A stretch of DNA of 64,000 bases from Marsupella aquatica. Taxonomy: Eukaryota > Plantae > Marchantiophyta. Shown here in pieces: positions 35,913-50,156 of the stretch; the first letter of the stretch is position 1, and the number at the start of each line of letters is the position of its first letter. Location of the stretch: NCBI GenBank assembly GCA_973895155.1, contig OZ316896.1:15100684-15164683 (forward strand), read 5' to 3'. The notes under the pieces are model-generated. The model worked only from the letters and a program-made list of their open reading frames with translations. It made no database searches and had not been told where the DNA came from. The position numbers and the translations under genes were made by a program.

Positions 35913-36539
35913 CTTGTGGTTTTATGTTGTTTCATTCTCCTTCTACTAGCTTGCTCCATCCCATTCAATCATCTGGTCTCTCGGTTTGCAATGATGCCCT
36001 TAGAAAACCTTATGGGACATAACCCTCTACCCAGCCTGGTCCGCGCATTCTTAATTTATTCTCTGTGTTAGTGGTGTGCCTCATGGCCAACTTGACTGTA
36101 GGGTAACCCCTGGGCCCAAGGTTGTTAAGGGATGTATTCCCCAAGAGAGTGGGTTACAGCCATGGCCCCTGAGTGACCATGGATTAACAAGCATAAGCCC
36201 TGAGTGTAATTTTACTCCACATATGATTTGTTATTAAATTGTGCCTGAAATTGGGTAATCCTAGACTAGGCGGGCTAGCCAAGGGGGTTGAAAATCTCAT
36301 AACCCCAAGACCAGGTTGGCAGTGGGGTAATAGCTCATAACCATTCAAGCAGAAATACAAAGAGAAAAGTACACATTCAAGGGGTTGAGGATCTATGGAA
36401 TGATTTATTCATGAGCTGAAATTAAAAAGGAAATATCATATGAATTCAAGTTATTCAATAACTTTCTCCTAGGAGAGTGTGCACATGACAATCTGCTTCT
36501 CCTGATCAGAAATTTAGTACAACCCCAAAACAACTGATA

Positions 36540-36714
36540 TCTTACTAGTAATTTTGCATTAGAAACCTACTTTTATGGTGTGGATCTAGAGTAAGTGAAG
36601 GGGCAAGGAATGAGACAAATCATATATAAATGTCAGAAGTAAGGAATCTTTTCCCTGCAACGTTCTTTTGTACTCACCTATATTTAAGTTCAAAAGAAGG
36701 GGTTAGTAGTCTAT
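36540..36714 (+). mobile_element. Degenerate Helitron copy
   Basis: A|TCTTACTA start, TCTAGAGT motif, GTTCAAAAGAAGGGG near the end. Confidence 0.45.
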
Positions 36715-36883
36715 GGTTGGTAGGGATTAGCTAGTATGGAAAGGGGCAGATGCAATAGATGAGTAGGTTGGAGTCTCTATAGAGGTTGTGGTTTTAGCAA
36801 CCCGACTGGTCTTTGCTGAAATAAGGGTCCCAACTATGGACATTTGGAGCTTGCCTGGCCTGGACCCTGCATGCTTTCTCTTT

Positions 36884-37330
36884 CTTGAGGATCCACTGAC
36901 AATGGATTGGATTGAATTGACAAGGGCCTAATGAACTAAATCTGCTCTCAAATTTGTTTGACTTCCTGTTCCCAAACTTCCTCTATCGTATTGTCAATAA
37001 ATTGTCCCTCTATTTTTATGTGGCATGCATGGCCACAAACAAGATGCCAATATACCTGCTGACAGAGAATGACAATCAATCACTGATATCAAGACTGCAA
37101 GTTTTGTCAACCAGGCAATTTTATTGTCCCAATCAATCACAATTGTCAATGAAAGTAGTGGTCATCTAGTTTATGTGGTAAGTTTGAACCTTGGTTACCA
37201 AATGGGGGCCAGTTTTGTGGGGGTGTGGGTGGGGAGGACGCAGTACCTAATTCTTTCAGGCCGGAAAATGGCCAGGCAAAGTTTTTCAATAGCGGCCCTG
37301 CACGACTAGGCCAGTGGAGATGCTCTCAAG
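36884..37330. mobile_element. Possible Tourist/PIF-like MITE
   Basis: Right end CAGTGGAGATGCTCTCAAG (reverse complement of a GAGCATCTCCA-type TIR); degenerate left end CTTGAGGATCCACTG. Confidence 0.35.
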
Positions 37331-37654
37331 GGGACCCACCAAATGCCATATACGTTTGGGAAAACCTGGGCTAAATGTGGCCACCAGAACTCTTCTACAG
37401 TCAAGGCCAGTAGCCTCATGAAACAAATGGCTGTGATGAAATCCCACTCTTCAAGCACTAGGGTAAGCTCTCTCTAAGCGCAAACTCCACATGGGCAAAA
37501 ACTGGTTCAGTGCAAGGCATCCTTTTCTTCCCCCTTGTTTTACAGGGAATGTACACCGTTCTCTTTAGCACAAAATGGAATCATTTAGATAAACAACTAC
37601 TTTACTAGTATTTTGTACTCTACTAGAGTAGATAGGTTGTGCACTTATAAGTAA

Positions 37655-37873
37655 GTGCACAACCCCATCAGATTGCATTTGTTGATAAGTCCACACTTTT
37701 CTTAGTAGAGTAGAAATTACACTCACGGAGCTGGACACCAAATATAAAGCAGGGATGCAATTATCAGTAAGAGCACAATCCCATCAGGTTGCATTTGTTG
37801 ATAAGTGCACACTGCTCTTAGTAGAGTAGGAATTACACTCATGGAGTTGGACACCAAATGTAAAGCAGGGATG
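37655..37873. repeat. ~117-bp tandem duplication
   Basis: GCACAA.CCCATCAG.TTGCATTTGTTGATAAGT...GGACACCAAAT.TAAAGCAGGGATG twice. Confidence 0.88.
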
Positions 37874-38399
37874 TACAGTTTACACCTTGTACAGTAGTAG
37901 AAGGTCTACTTCTTGGGGGTCATTGTAGCATGCAAGGAAACTGTAAGACTTTTAGACACTGCACTCCTTAGAGGTTATTGTAGCATGCAAGGAAACAGTA
38001 AAAAAAAATTCTCACATCATCCCTAATTTTTCTATATCCAACTGCTCACAACCTGGTTCATACATTTTGGGACTCTTTTTTCTAGCGACCTCGCTAGCCA
38101 TGTGGAGTAAAAAACAAACACAAAAAATATAAAAGGTAGAAAAAAAAATTTAAAAAAAATTAAACCATTAATGTATCGCTAGCAAAATTCGTGTTTACTG
38201 GCATTATACAATACCTCCTTGGCACGGGCGGTTCGTTCCGTCCCTCGCTTTAGAGAACGACAGACCGGAACAACGCAGAACTCAACGCAACCATGCCTTG
38301 TTGTCCAGGCCGGAACGCGAGCTCAACCTCCGTTCGTCTCGTCGACGAGCCGCGAAATTAGGTTGTTCACGCAGGAGGAGAAAGGGCAGTGTGAATTGG

Positions 38400-38900
38400 A
38401 TGGAGGGAGGCTCTTCTTCTCTTCTGCAGAAGAGCGAGTGGACGGAGTGGAAAGTTGAATTAGCTGATCGAATTGCGGGATGTTATGGTTCAGTGAGGCT
38501 TGAGTGACGTGAGTCTGGAAAGTCTGGAAATTCGGTTATTTGGTTCCAGGATTTCGAGCACAGGGAGACGAAGTAGTAAAAGAAGATCAAGAAGAGGAGG
38601 ACGACAATTGCGACACCAAATGGAGGCAAGAGCAAAAGTGCGCGACATCCCTACCCCGGTGAGGCACGTTCGACTGGTCGACGGGTCGCGGAATGATTGA
38701 TCAGCAGAGGGCGGTCGCGGTGGAGGAGAAGTGTGAAATGGAGAGAGGCTTTGCAGAAGAGCGAGTGGAAGGTTAGGCGATTGAATGACGGTAATGATAT
38801 GGTTCAGTGAGCCTCGTTTTGCGTCCGATCAGTCGGTTATTTGGTTCTATGATTGTCGAGCACAGGGAGGAGGAGAAGGAGAAGACGAGGACGACAATTA
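38400..38900. repeat. Degenerate GA-rich direct duplication (~330-bp spacing)
   Basis: TGCAGAAGAGCGAGTGGA, ATGGTTCAGTGAG, TCGGTTATTTGGTTC and TCGAGCACAGGGAG each occur twice in the same order. Confidence 0.7.
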
Positions 38901-40138
38901 GCAGGTTTCAAGCTGTGTTCCCGAGTTGGCCAGGGTTTTGTTGGACGAGAATTGTCAAAAATTCGGTGTCAGTGATCTTCCGGGTGTACTCACTGCGCCT
39001 CGACGAGACGGAAGGAGGATCACTAGCAACGAATGTTTGAGAATGAATTGGAAGAGGAGGAAGACAATGAGGACGACGGCCCGTGACATCGCTGTTTGAC
39101 CTACTCACATTATGATTATTCTCCATAACTCTAGTTCGTCTTGGACGGCGTCATGATTTGGGTGTGGACGAGGACGATGAACATGGCGGGTCGTGATTCA
39201 GAGCGCGCGCGCATGATTGCCACGACGGTGCCTGTGAGAAATAGTCATAACGACTATCTTTTCTTATGGTTCGTGCAAGAATGGATGAATGCGGGTAACT
39301 GCTAGTGCACCGGCATTTGCATTGCCGCAAACGGCTATGATGCTTTTGAAATCAATCAATGGGGGTAAGGAGATTGTCCAGCTGCACTGGAAATTTGATC
39401 AAGGATAGTGACGAGGGTGAATGCTAGCTAGATGTCGAAGCACTAAGTGGAAGAAGTAATCGACTACTATGGCCGATCCCAAAACAGAAGGTAATTTAGG
39501 AATAGGAAACTGCTGCCTCTGGTATCGATACAACGAAAGAAAATCTTAAGAAAATCTATACACTTTATGAATGATTGAGTTACTAAGGTTTATGGTCAAG
39601 CTTCTCTTCTGCAGCACCCTCTCTTGGAGTGTTTGACCGTCCATCCTCTTCCTTCCAATAGCAGCCGTTCAAGTTTGCAAGCCACGGGTGTTTCATTTCA
39701 AGGGGTAGGGGCAAGGATTCATTCTCTAGATGCATCACCGCGAGGCGGGCCACAAAGGGGTCGCCAGTCCCTTAAAATATCATTCAGCCCTTACGATACT
39801 CAGAAGTAAAATCAATTCGATGATAGAGCAAGCTCTCTTTCGATTGGCTTGCTTGTCTTGGCTTACCACAGGGTTGGATCTGGTTAGAGACTGAAACTGT
39901 CTGGACGGCAATTAACAGTCTAGAAAAATCTCTGTGAATGTCCACAAAGGAAAAACATGTACTGGAGCTGTTGCAAGGAGCGAAAAGCAGTGTCCAGCGT
40001 GTTCATCCTCTAAGGGAGACCATCACGCTCTCACGGTCTTTTCCACGCTAACGGTGCTCCTCCGTTCAAATTTACTCGGGCTCTTGGTTTTCTGCATGAA
40101 ATTTGGTGTTTGGCGTCCCAAATTTCGGACCTTTCAAA

Positions 40139-43100
40139 ATGACAAGGAACGCAGTCTCCAGTGATCCTAACACGAGGCTGGTGTAGTGAGTTAAGTCGAG
40201 AGAAGCTAGGTGATGCGTCATCCTTGTCTGTGTCTATCGTTTCTATCAACATGTTGGAAAGCCACTCAACAAAACATTATCTGTCGTCTTTTGTTGCAAC
40301 ATACAGCGGTTCCTCCTCCCAGCATCGAAAAGCTGCTGGATATCGCAAGGCGGCAGAGCAAACAGCTAGAACAAGTTACGAGCAAATCACTGCCGACCAA
40401 AAGTAGGTTCCAGGCATGAAAAATCTATTTGTCCAGATGCTTTTAGATGATGACTTGCAATTATAATTCATCCTCTGTATAGAATCTAAAGTAAATATGA
40501 CAACCAAAAAAACATAAGTGTTCATCCTCTCGCTTGCCATTCTATCTCGTCCCTGCACGGTGAGAGGAACGGAGATATTTAAGTCTGACTAGCGGATACA
40601 ACCATTTGGTTTGCACGACTGCTTAGAACTTTGGTAATACTCATGGATGGAGTCTCTGTTGTATATGTCACTCCTTGAGCCGGCTTTCTCGATATGTGCT
40701 GTCTCTTTCTAATCGCACTCGTTTGTGTTTCTGTTGGTGCTGTCGTAGCCCAACCTGAAAGAAAAAATACAATTGGAAGAAAATCCTTACTTGGCCCGGT
40801 CCAGGCGTATAGGCCTCCGGAGATTGAACCCGCAGTTGAGCCTGCAGAGAGTTCTAACAGACGCCCAAGTGTCCCAGCTGGCCCAAGCACCTCAGTGGTT
40901 AAAGAAAAAACTGTTCAGTAAGTCACAATGTCACCTCACCGAAAGCCTCTTTCTTGCAGCCATGGTGTCTACTTGTTCTATGTGATGGATTTTGATGGTC
41001 GGATACTGGGCAAAGGAGAAATCAAAAGATAATTTCCGCTTCGTACTCTGGGGGAGTGACGTCAATAATAGAGACGGGCCTCAAAGCTTTATGCATCGCA
41101 CTAGTAGAATTAATTAATAGATCCGCTGGTCTTCGTTTGCTGGTGCTGGTCCGGCTAAATTTTGCAGCCGAAAGCTCTAATGAACAGTATGCCTAGGGTT
41201 TCTTGCCTTGCTTTGGATGTGATTGCTGCAAAGCATTATGCATCGCTCTAGAGAATTAACTAGAGATGTAGTCGTTGCGACTCTGCTGCATCCTCACTTT
41301 CCACACCGCGTACAGAGTGGAAAGTTTTGAACAACTCAAGGAGCTTCATGCTAGGGCAGTTTCATCAGGTCCAAGTGCATCTCTTAGAAAGGATCTGTCT
41401 TTTGAAGCATATGGACAAGTAAATTTCAAGACAGCGAGAGGGTGGTTCGCAAATCGCGAAGTAGAGGAGATGATCAAGTTCACCTATGTAAGTGAAGCGC
41501 AGTCATTGTGCTCTTACTATTACGCAGCTCATAATCAATTCCTTCCCGACACGTCTAGTTGGCCGAGCTACTCATTTTAGTTAAAAGGGAAAGTACTCCT
41601 CCGAAATAACTATTTTCTCTAGATTCCGTTATTTAAGCAAAGACTGGAGATGTAAGGTTGGTAATTCGTTTAGAAACCGAATTTCTTGCCCAGGGTATTT
41701 CTGGTTTTGGTACCATATTCTTCTTGTCCATGTTTTAGACCCGGAAAGTAGTTCATTGGAATTTTGAACCCAAGAAACAATCCAGTTCTTAAATCCGGAT
41801 AAGTAAAATTCCACGGGAATCTCGTTCAGACTTGGTCAGGAAACTACTCCAGCCAAATAAAAATGCCTATGTGGGTTCATACTTTTCGAATGCTACTTAT
41901 TCGAGTATAAACGTCACCCGTGATCTTCAAAACGTATTTCATTCCTCGTGCTGTACATGTTTTCGCACTGAAATCGTCCATATTGAAAATATATATTGCA
42001 CCTCATTATAACCTGGGACTAAGTGCAAAACGCAAAGACAAGTAGCTTGGGACAAGTCATTACTGTCAAATTGAGAAGGGACTTGAGTTTAGGCTACGTG
42101 TTTGAATGCAATATTCCGTTAACAACAATCGCGTTTGAGAGCTACTCTTCACTGTGATTTGAAGCAAGGACCTATATTCTGCATTGGTAATAGCGTATCC
42201 TGTTGTTTGTTTGGGTTGGTCACCAGAAGCGTATAAATGAGCCGCTCCTACAATATGTGCGCCAGCGCGACAAGCATGATGCAGTGGCTGTGTTTGCACG
42301 TAATTTCAAGCTGTAATCCCTTCTTCCCGCTCAAAGTCTCCCCCATTATCTGAAGGATACTGGCTGTGGACTTGTTCATTGTCTACTTGTAGATGGAAAT
42401 CAGTGACTTCTGAACTGACTGTCTTATAGGGTCCAATTCTAATGCGTAGTTGCTGAACATGCACCCTTACAAATGCACTTACTTATTGCTATTTTCATCT
42501 CGTGTTCGTCAAATCTGGATTGTTCAACCTTATGTACCTGTATACGCCGGAACTTGATTTTTGCTAGGAAATAGTTTCTCTCTTGCCCGCTTTATTGTTG
42601 ATACCTGAACATCTATCTTGTGTCAACAGATTTAATGGCATATATGGGCGATATACAGGCAACAAAGTCTGAGACAGATCATTTGCGGCAAGTCCTCTCT
42701 GGAGGCCTCAGAAAGCCTGGCCTTCGAGATGAGATTTTTTGTCATATCTGCAAGCAGACCACTGACAACCCAGACAGGTACTAGAGAGTGCCAAGGCTTG
42801 ATCTCCATATCTTCCCGAGAATTGAATGCCAGAGAACTGAATAATGTGGCTGCCTCTGATGTAATTTTGATGTTAGGTATTTCGCAAGGAGAAGATGTAC
42901 TGACAATTCTTATTGCAGTGCGAGCAATGTAAGGGGATGGCAAGCAATGGCTATTAGCTGTGGTTGTTTTCTCCCTTCGGAGGGTTTTCTACCAGTTTTG
43001 CAGTCTCATCTTGAGCAGGTTCATGACCTCCCGGTTTCGTCATATGTTCGCTTTTATATATCTGGCTGCAACTGCACGTCTCTGTTGCATTCGTATATTG

Positions 43101-46100
43101 ATTTGTATGGTAGCCTGAGCTTAAATTTGTGACGTCCAACTCTTCTGAAAGCTGATGGCTCAAAAATCCCTTTTTCTAAGCAATGTTTTGGTGGATCTAA
43201 GGAGAACAAGAAGAAAATCAATACAATTTAATGCATATTCTAACAGTTGTCAATATTGCTATTCAAGTATTTGTGGAAGTCACATATGGTTGTGACATTA
43301 GTCTTAGCTTTTTGAAAGAAGGAATCTGCAATGTTTATCATTAATTTGCAGTGAATGTTATAGGATGCTCCAACATTTCTAAGCCTACTTGCCTTTAAAA
43401 TGTGGGCGATGGCTTGCCAGGTGGTGCATGGACTTCTACGTAGTACAGATAAGGGAAAGAGTAGTAATGAGGTTGATCCCCCCCATCTTGCAACTTATTC
43501 GCTGTTTCGTCTAAGGAAACTTCTTCGCTGCGGGGGACGGCATTTGCTTCCCTTATCTGAAGAAATAGAGGCCGTGGAGGTGTGTTTCGTCTCCCTACTC
43601 AACGATGGATCATTCTTCAAGCAAGGAGTTTGAAACATTCCATGGATTTGTAGTGTCAGCCTATGTGTTTACGTTTCTGTATGTCGAGTTAAAACTAGGA
43701 AATTTTGTCAGCCCCAAGGCCTCGTTTGTGGTAATAGGAGTGATAAAGGTCGAATCAGCCTTTCATTCCCTCCGAATTTTTAGACTCACCTTGAAGCTCT
43801 TCTTATCCTCGACATACTCTTCTTATATGTCTCTCGTTTTGATGGTATTCCAGAAGGTGGGAACCATATCGGCAACAATTTATCTTCCTGATTCGACCAG
43901 TAAGGTATGCTGCATTTAATTGGCTAAACCAAGATTAACTGCCCCCAATCTAATAGCATTTAGATTTATTATTTCCTATCGAAGCCTAACGTTCGTCAGC
44001 TTAGGATTCAACTTATACAGAAAAAATTCGAAGAGTTGTCCAAAAACAGCTGGAAAACTCTTATAGTGCAGCAGTTCTTTCTGGATTCATTTATGCTCTG
44101 TCCAATCCAGAATCTAGGTAAAGAGGCAATCAAAGTTCTTGATGAGTTTCTGCAGTTACAGCTATTCTGAGTCACTTGAGTTTGCGGATTGTCACCATCC
44201 AGACGATGCCGCTTGATCCAACGACAACCACGGAAGAAGTGGTTGTGAAGATTGTGCAGATTCTTGGATTATCAGAACCCAAGTACTTTTGTCTATGTGA
44301 AGTCGATCCTAACCAAGGTGCGGTAGTCCCTTCTTCTTGCTACCACTAGGCAAAGCTTTACGATTTGCAAAGTCACAACGTGATCATTTTAGATTTGACT
44401 TATTCTGTGAACCTTGTTGTCATGTCGTCTCTTAGAGAGAATGCTCATGTTGGCTGTTTGAATTGACACACTTGAAACAAAGTAAAATCGCTTGTCTCTG
44501 CTCTTGTCTTAATTTAAGCAAATCTGTCCCATTCCATGGAAAGTATAATTAGATTTGTGATAAATGGGTGTCCACAGTGGAGAATTCTCTTGGAGGAAAG
44601 GAATATGTAGCCGAGGTACAGAGCCGGTGGGCTTCCACCTGCATTCCAAAGTCTGTCACCGACTTTCAGTCGCCCTGGAGGAAGTTCATGTCCTGCTGGC
44701 GAAAGACTCAAAAGAAAATTGCGACTGTCAAGGATGTCTATGATGAGCTGGTAGACCAGTTGTTTGTGATGACTGCCACGGGCGACCATGAGCCCAGAAT
44801 GCTGTTTAAGCGCAACTTATTCCTAAGCGCACAAGATGTAGCAGCAAACGTCAAGAACAGGGAGTTGGCATTGGATTACTCGCAGGTAATTAGCAAATTG
44901 CAAGGTGTCGACTTTGCTGAAACTAGATTAACACACCAACACTGGCGAAGGGTCTTTCCATTCTTTCCTTCTGCCGCAGCCGGAACCAACTGTGTTGTAG
45001 CAATTCCTGATAGCATGGCCATTTAGAGACGCGACCACAAACTATCATTATATGTTTTCAGACTTTTTCATTTATTGAAATCGAACACTGTAATTTTCAT
45101 TTCCTAGACATGACGGACGGAGCACCAGAAACTTAGCGTAGCAATGATTTGAATAAATCCTTGGAATGGCGATTCACTTTTCGTAAACTGAGTTGGTATT
45201 TTCTCAAATGTTGAAAGCCATTACTGTAGATGGTGGAGAAACCAAGTGGTTTTTAGCCCTAAGCCTGAAGTAAAAAAACAAACCAAATGAGACGCCCAGT
45301 AGCATTGATTGGAGCGGTTTCTCGTGTTCTTGATCATTAAGTTCCAACTTCATTATGCCTTTGACTTTATAGCTTTCCTAGTTGACGTGTTCCGAAACTT
45401 TCTCTCATTTACTGCACCAATAGGAGCTCTACTGAACAGCTAAGAAACTTACTGTTCTCGAAAGTTTCTTAGCTGCAATGTAATATTAAGGAACTCAGTT
45501 TCCTCCCGGTCATTGAGTCAAAGCTGTCCCTTCATGGATTCTTTTGGATATCTGTGCACAAGCATTTGGTTGTGAGTTTCCTAGTCTCCAGTATAGTCAC
45601 AGGGTCTAGTGTGTCATCCTTTCATCTACTGTCAGTTGCAATCCGACGTTCGTAGACGATTTATGTTGAATAGCTTACAGAACTGAAAAGCACGTATTTG
45701 GTAAATAGCTCCGTGCTTTTAAGAGTCTTCGTTAGGAATCAGAACCAATTAACTCTGATAATTAATATCTTTTGCAATTTCTTCTAATGTGTGGGATACT
45801 AAGATTTCACTCTGAAGTGAGAATCATAGAACTCTGTTGTCGCTGAGTAGTAATGACAACACTTTGACAAGTATGGAAAGGCTGCGGTCGGGTGACAGGC
45901 TGTGCATGATGTTTTAAGGGGTGCATTTCCACTTTCGGAACATGACTTGGTGATGCTAGCTGCATTGCAACTGCGGGCAGAACTTGGATCCAACCTACCA
46001 AGAAATGCCAAGTAATACATTAACTTTGCCTGTAGTGCGGTTTTATTAATGTTCGTACCATATTTTATAAAACGACTCTAGGAATTGATGAAAGGCGGTG

Positions 46101-48288
46101 GCTGTCTATGACCATGAACCTCTTGTTCCATCAAGTTACAAAGGAGCTCTTCTGTTTTGTCCAGGGGTATGAAGATAAGCAATTATTTACCCCAACATCT
46201 TGAAGGAGATGAAGAAAAACTGAAGAATGTCATTTTGAGTATGGCAAATGGACTACCTGGGGACCCTAGCCCTGCGACGAGAAGGGTTGATTATCTAGAT
46301 TACCTGAAGACACGTTATGTACTTGCACAGGCATCCTGGTTCTCAGCAAAGGTGCTAGTCTATCATACTTATCTTCATGGTTGGACTTTCAACACTAAAG
46401 TGATCTGAGTTAGTTCAATGTGAGATGCAAGAGTGCCTCGTATGAAATACTGTGCTCTTACTGCATCTGTCAAATATCATTCCGTTGACAATACTTCATC
46501 CTCCATCTGGAAGGAAGGAAAGGCATGTTTTTAGCTCTCGGTCCCCTGCTGCGAGACATCTCAAGGCTATTAGAACACTTCTCAGGAGGGATTGGGAGAT
46601 TGTTGTGTCACTTTGTGGACTGAGGTCTCTTTCCACATCTTGTCATGAAGAGGAACTTTGTTATGTCGGCCATGGCAGCAAACAGATAGCGCGGCTATGC
46701 CTGCAGCTTTTTTGGTCGCAATCAATGCTTCAGGTGTCTTCTTCCTACAACTAGACTCCAAGGTGATTACTGGCATATCCAGATTTGCTCGCTTTGACTT
46801 CAATGCCATTCCTTAATAAGTTTCCTCGGATAAAGAATATGAAGGATGTTGCAAAATCCCGAACTTGAGCACTAGGTACTCCGCATGTTGGAAAATCTTG
46901 GATTGGATTATTTTTTCCTTAGTGCAGCTGAAAGATACTACGGCCAAATGTCGTTAGCTTATAGATGTCCATCCAAGATAGACCAAAGCTTGGTATCCTT
47001 CAGCCAAGCTTTGGTCTATTGTGCTTATATATCTCCATCCAAGGTGCTTGAAAACATCAATTGGAATTTTTCTCTCCCTCGTACACCATCAAGGATTTTT
47101 GGAAGATGTAATGATCTGAAAAAGCTATATTCTGATGGCATCGTCTTGAAGAACTTTCAAACGTATATATAACAACTGGTCATATCAGGTTGAAAAGGCT
47201 GAAGGAACTTGGTCGTTTGCAAATCGATTTTATTTTGGTAGTTTGTTAAGCTTGAGAATATTCTAATAGATATTCATGTCCTGGTTGGAGACAGGAAGAA
47301 ATCATGCACATGAAGTTCACAGAGATTTGCAGCTGGGCTTATTCACAGACATCTTTCTCAATTGTTACGGGGAATGCGTATGCCTCTGAACCTCCTTTCA
47401 GATTCCAGCTTGAAACAGCACCTTTGATCGTCAATTTCGGTGATCGTATTTTTGGCGTCAAGTACCTTCAAGTCTTCGTCCTCACATAGGATCTTACTCC
47501 TGCTATAAATCCCTATAGAACATATGTTAACCAAGGGTTGAAGTTTCTAACAGGACTATCTAATCGGTATCTAATCCGTCTTCGTGAGGTTTTGAGCGGA
47601 AAAAGTTTGGGTATTACCAATAAGGTTTTCCAGACATGAAAACCTTTGTGACTGTGAGAGGATTGCATTGGTTATTTCTTCTCGTAACCAGCTGTAGCTC
47701 AAATCTGTGAAAATATACTGAGTTCCCAGTAAGGCCTCCGTGTCTGAAATCCACAACTTGGCTCGGTAGGCAGCTTAATCCATGTAGGAAATTGTTTCCA
47801 CTCTAAGTTTGCAAAGGTTCTATCCGGCGTCCTTGTATGGGATTTTTGTGACGAGAAATATTCGCATATTCTGAAGAAGTTGAGAATTCGTCTGTTTTTA
47901 GTCTTTGTTGAGATTGCGATGCTCATTTGCTTACTTTGCAAGGTCTATGAATATGTGTATGTTTGAGCAGGACCAACAATGAAGATCGTCGCATCCTTAC
48001 ACTACAGGTTAGTCATTGAAACCGGGCGTCTCTGTTTTCAAAGAAATAGGATACTGCATACTGCAAGCAGTTGTGGGTTATGCCATTATCGTCCCAAAAT
48101 GTAGAAACATGATATTAATCAAAAGCATTCTCACATAGCAGACTAATTGCTAGATTTTAAAGTTGGACACTTAATGAAATGGACCTACAAAGTCTTTCAG
48201 TCCTCTTAACAGATTAGATCTGCTTTGTCTTTCACAGGGATCAGACATGTCAAAGGCTATGCAGCTGTTTGTAAACCGGATGTTCTAA
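40139..48288 (+). CDS. MyTH4-FERM domain protein, ~650 aa, no motor domain. Exons 40139-40160(?), 40307-40402, 40749-40917, 41316-41487, 42227-42299, 42630-42777, 42919-43018, 43421-43579, 43854-43904, 44203-44317, 44578-44885, 45899-46011, 46165-46351, 46679-46762, 47295-47377, 47971-48007, 48238-48288
   Basis: MyTH4 motifs LMAYMGD, LRDEIFCHICKQTTDNP, RGWQAMAISCGCFLPS, R.LLPLSEEIEA. FERM motifs IYLPD, TTTEEVV, LFKRNLF, LDYSQAVHDVLRG, LAALQL, LVAINASGV, ICSW. All exons join in frame with GT-AG introns. Start exon is tentative. Confidence 0.88.
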
Positions 48289-50138
48289 CTCCTCCAGCCC
48301 CTTGAATCAGGTTTAATGACAGTTGTAATATGGTTTTCTTTATCGAGTTGAAAATTGTCGGCCTGACTGTTTATGAACTTGCTTCCATTCATGTATTAAA
48401 TCCTGTCTTGCTCGCCTTGCCCTCTCGCCGTCTGTATTTCCCATCCGTGGTACACCTCTCGTTCACGCTAGAGCGAGTCCGTTCGCAAGTTGAGTGGCTT
48501 TGTCAGGGTCCATTCCATTGATGCTGTGAACAATTCCCCCAAATTAACACTGAGTTTGAGTAGCTCCATCACGACCCAACACATTGCTAACATGGTCCGC
48601 AAACCAGTACTTAGAAACGTTTTGACCTCCACGACATATCTGGAGTCCTCTGAAAGGAAATCACAGATTCCGATGTTCTTACAAGCTTCTTTCCTTCAGT
48701 CGTTCTCAGGTTCCATGTGGACAGCGTGAAGAGTTTTGTCACCAGTTTCATCTTCTGCTGTGTATATAGGAACAAGTCTTACTCTCAAAGATCAGACTAT
48801 GTGAATTACGTTTCTACATTTCATGTTTGATGTTTCATTTTTTCTACTTTCATGTAAGAAGGATAGCGGAACACTACAGATTAGCCAGGATGGGACGAAG
48901 CATTTAGTGAATCTTTACTGATTGGCTGACAGCTATAGTTGTACATTTAGTCTGTCTCCCGTAAAACCAATTCATTGTCCAGAAGTTAGAGACATCAATA
49001 AAGCTTACCATTTGCAGTGGCGTGAATTCCTAGATTGTTACTCATGTGGATAAAGTTTCTAATTTATGTTGTTTTGGGAATTCTGTTACTGAGACTAAGA
49101 ATACCTCTGGTCCCCATGGCAAAGGTCCTCATGGCAACACGAGGTCAGGGTAATTGCACATCAAAATGTGATAACATGTACATTGTACTATGTCACTCCA
49201 TACCATAATAAACCAAAGTATCTCATATCAAGTCTTGTCCCCAAAAAAACTATAAGCAAATTGTACCTCCCCAGGCATGGAATGAGTAGCCACGCGACCT
49301 CCTTACTAAGTTTATTAAAAAGAAGTATATTTGGAGCCCCTGGGGCCCCACACTAGATTAAATCTCAGATCAACCCTCTGAGCAGGCCCCGGTCACCACC
49401 CCTTGTTATATTGCTTCATCACATTTTTAAACCCCCTTTATAAATTAAATAATAAATATTGTGTTAGTATCACTAGCCTTGGGCTTACTATAATATCTGT
49501 CTACTATGAATTTTTGTGCACCTTCATTCCTTATGAGTCGTGAGCAGCTTTCGCCAGCTAAGTATGCGTCAAATTTCCAGAGATTGTATATGTAATGCAG
49601 ATATAGTTTGAGAAATAGTTTCTTACCTCATTCCACAACTCCAATGACATTAATAAGCATAAATTGTCATAGTTCTCAAGAGTGACTTTCTCTTGAGATA
49701 AATTAAACAACATGATGTCACATGGAACCAGAGTAATATCAATAGCAGCACATAGATACGTACCTTGTATATAGGCTATGTCCACTGCCACAAAGAAATC
49801 CAGTTTGGATTAACATCAAAGATAGTAAAAAATTGTAAATCTATGTTTCTTATTTTTTGCATGTTTGTAGGGCTTAGAGCTTAAACTCCCTATTTGGTGG
49901 AACTGGAAGCTTGGAGGGACATAAATATTTTGCATTACTACTCCGATGGACACACAAACTTTGTCTTGTCAAATTAAAATACTCCCCAAAGTGTAGAATG
50001 TGCTATGCAAGTAGATTTAAACATGCATGCGTCTATCAGGGTTTAGTGTGTCATTTGGGCATTATGTCAAGCTGGCCTTTCACCACTGGCATTGGGACAC
50101 CACGTGTTTGGCAGGGGAGGGCCTAGGGGCACCCTCCT

Positions 50139-50156
50139 CTGTGTGTGTGTGTGTGT
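50139..50156. repeat. (TG)n microsatellite
   Basis: Short pure TG run. Confidence 0.9.

Noticed and set aside
40694-40748. Signal peptide (MCCLFLIALVCVSVGAVVA) on the MyTH4-FERM protein
   Set aside because: This is the T-rich 3' end of an intron. The acceptor at 40748 joins in phase with the upstream exon 40307-40402.
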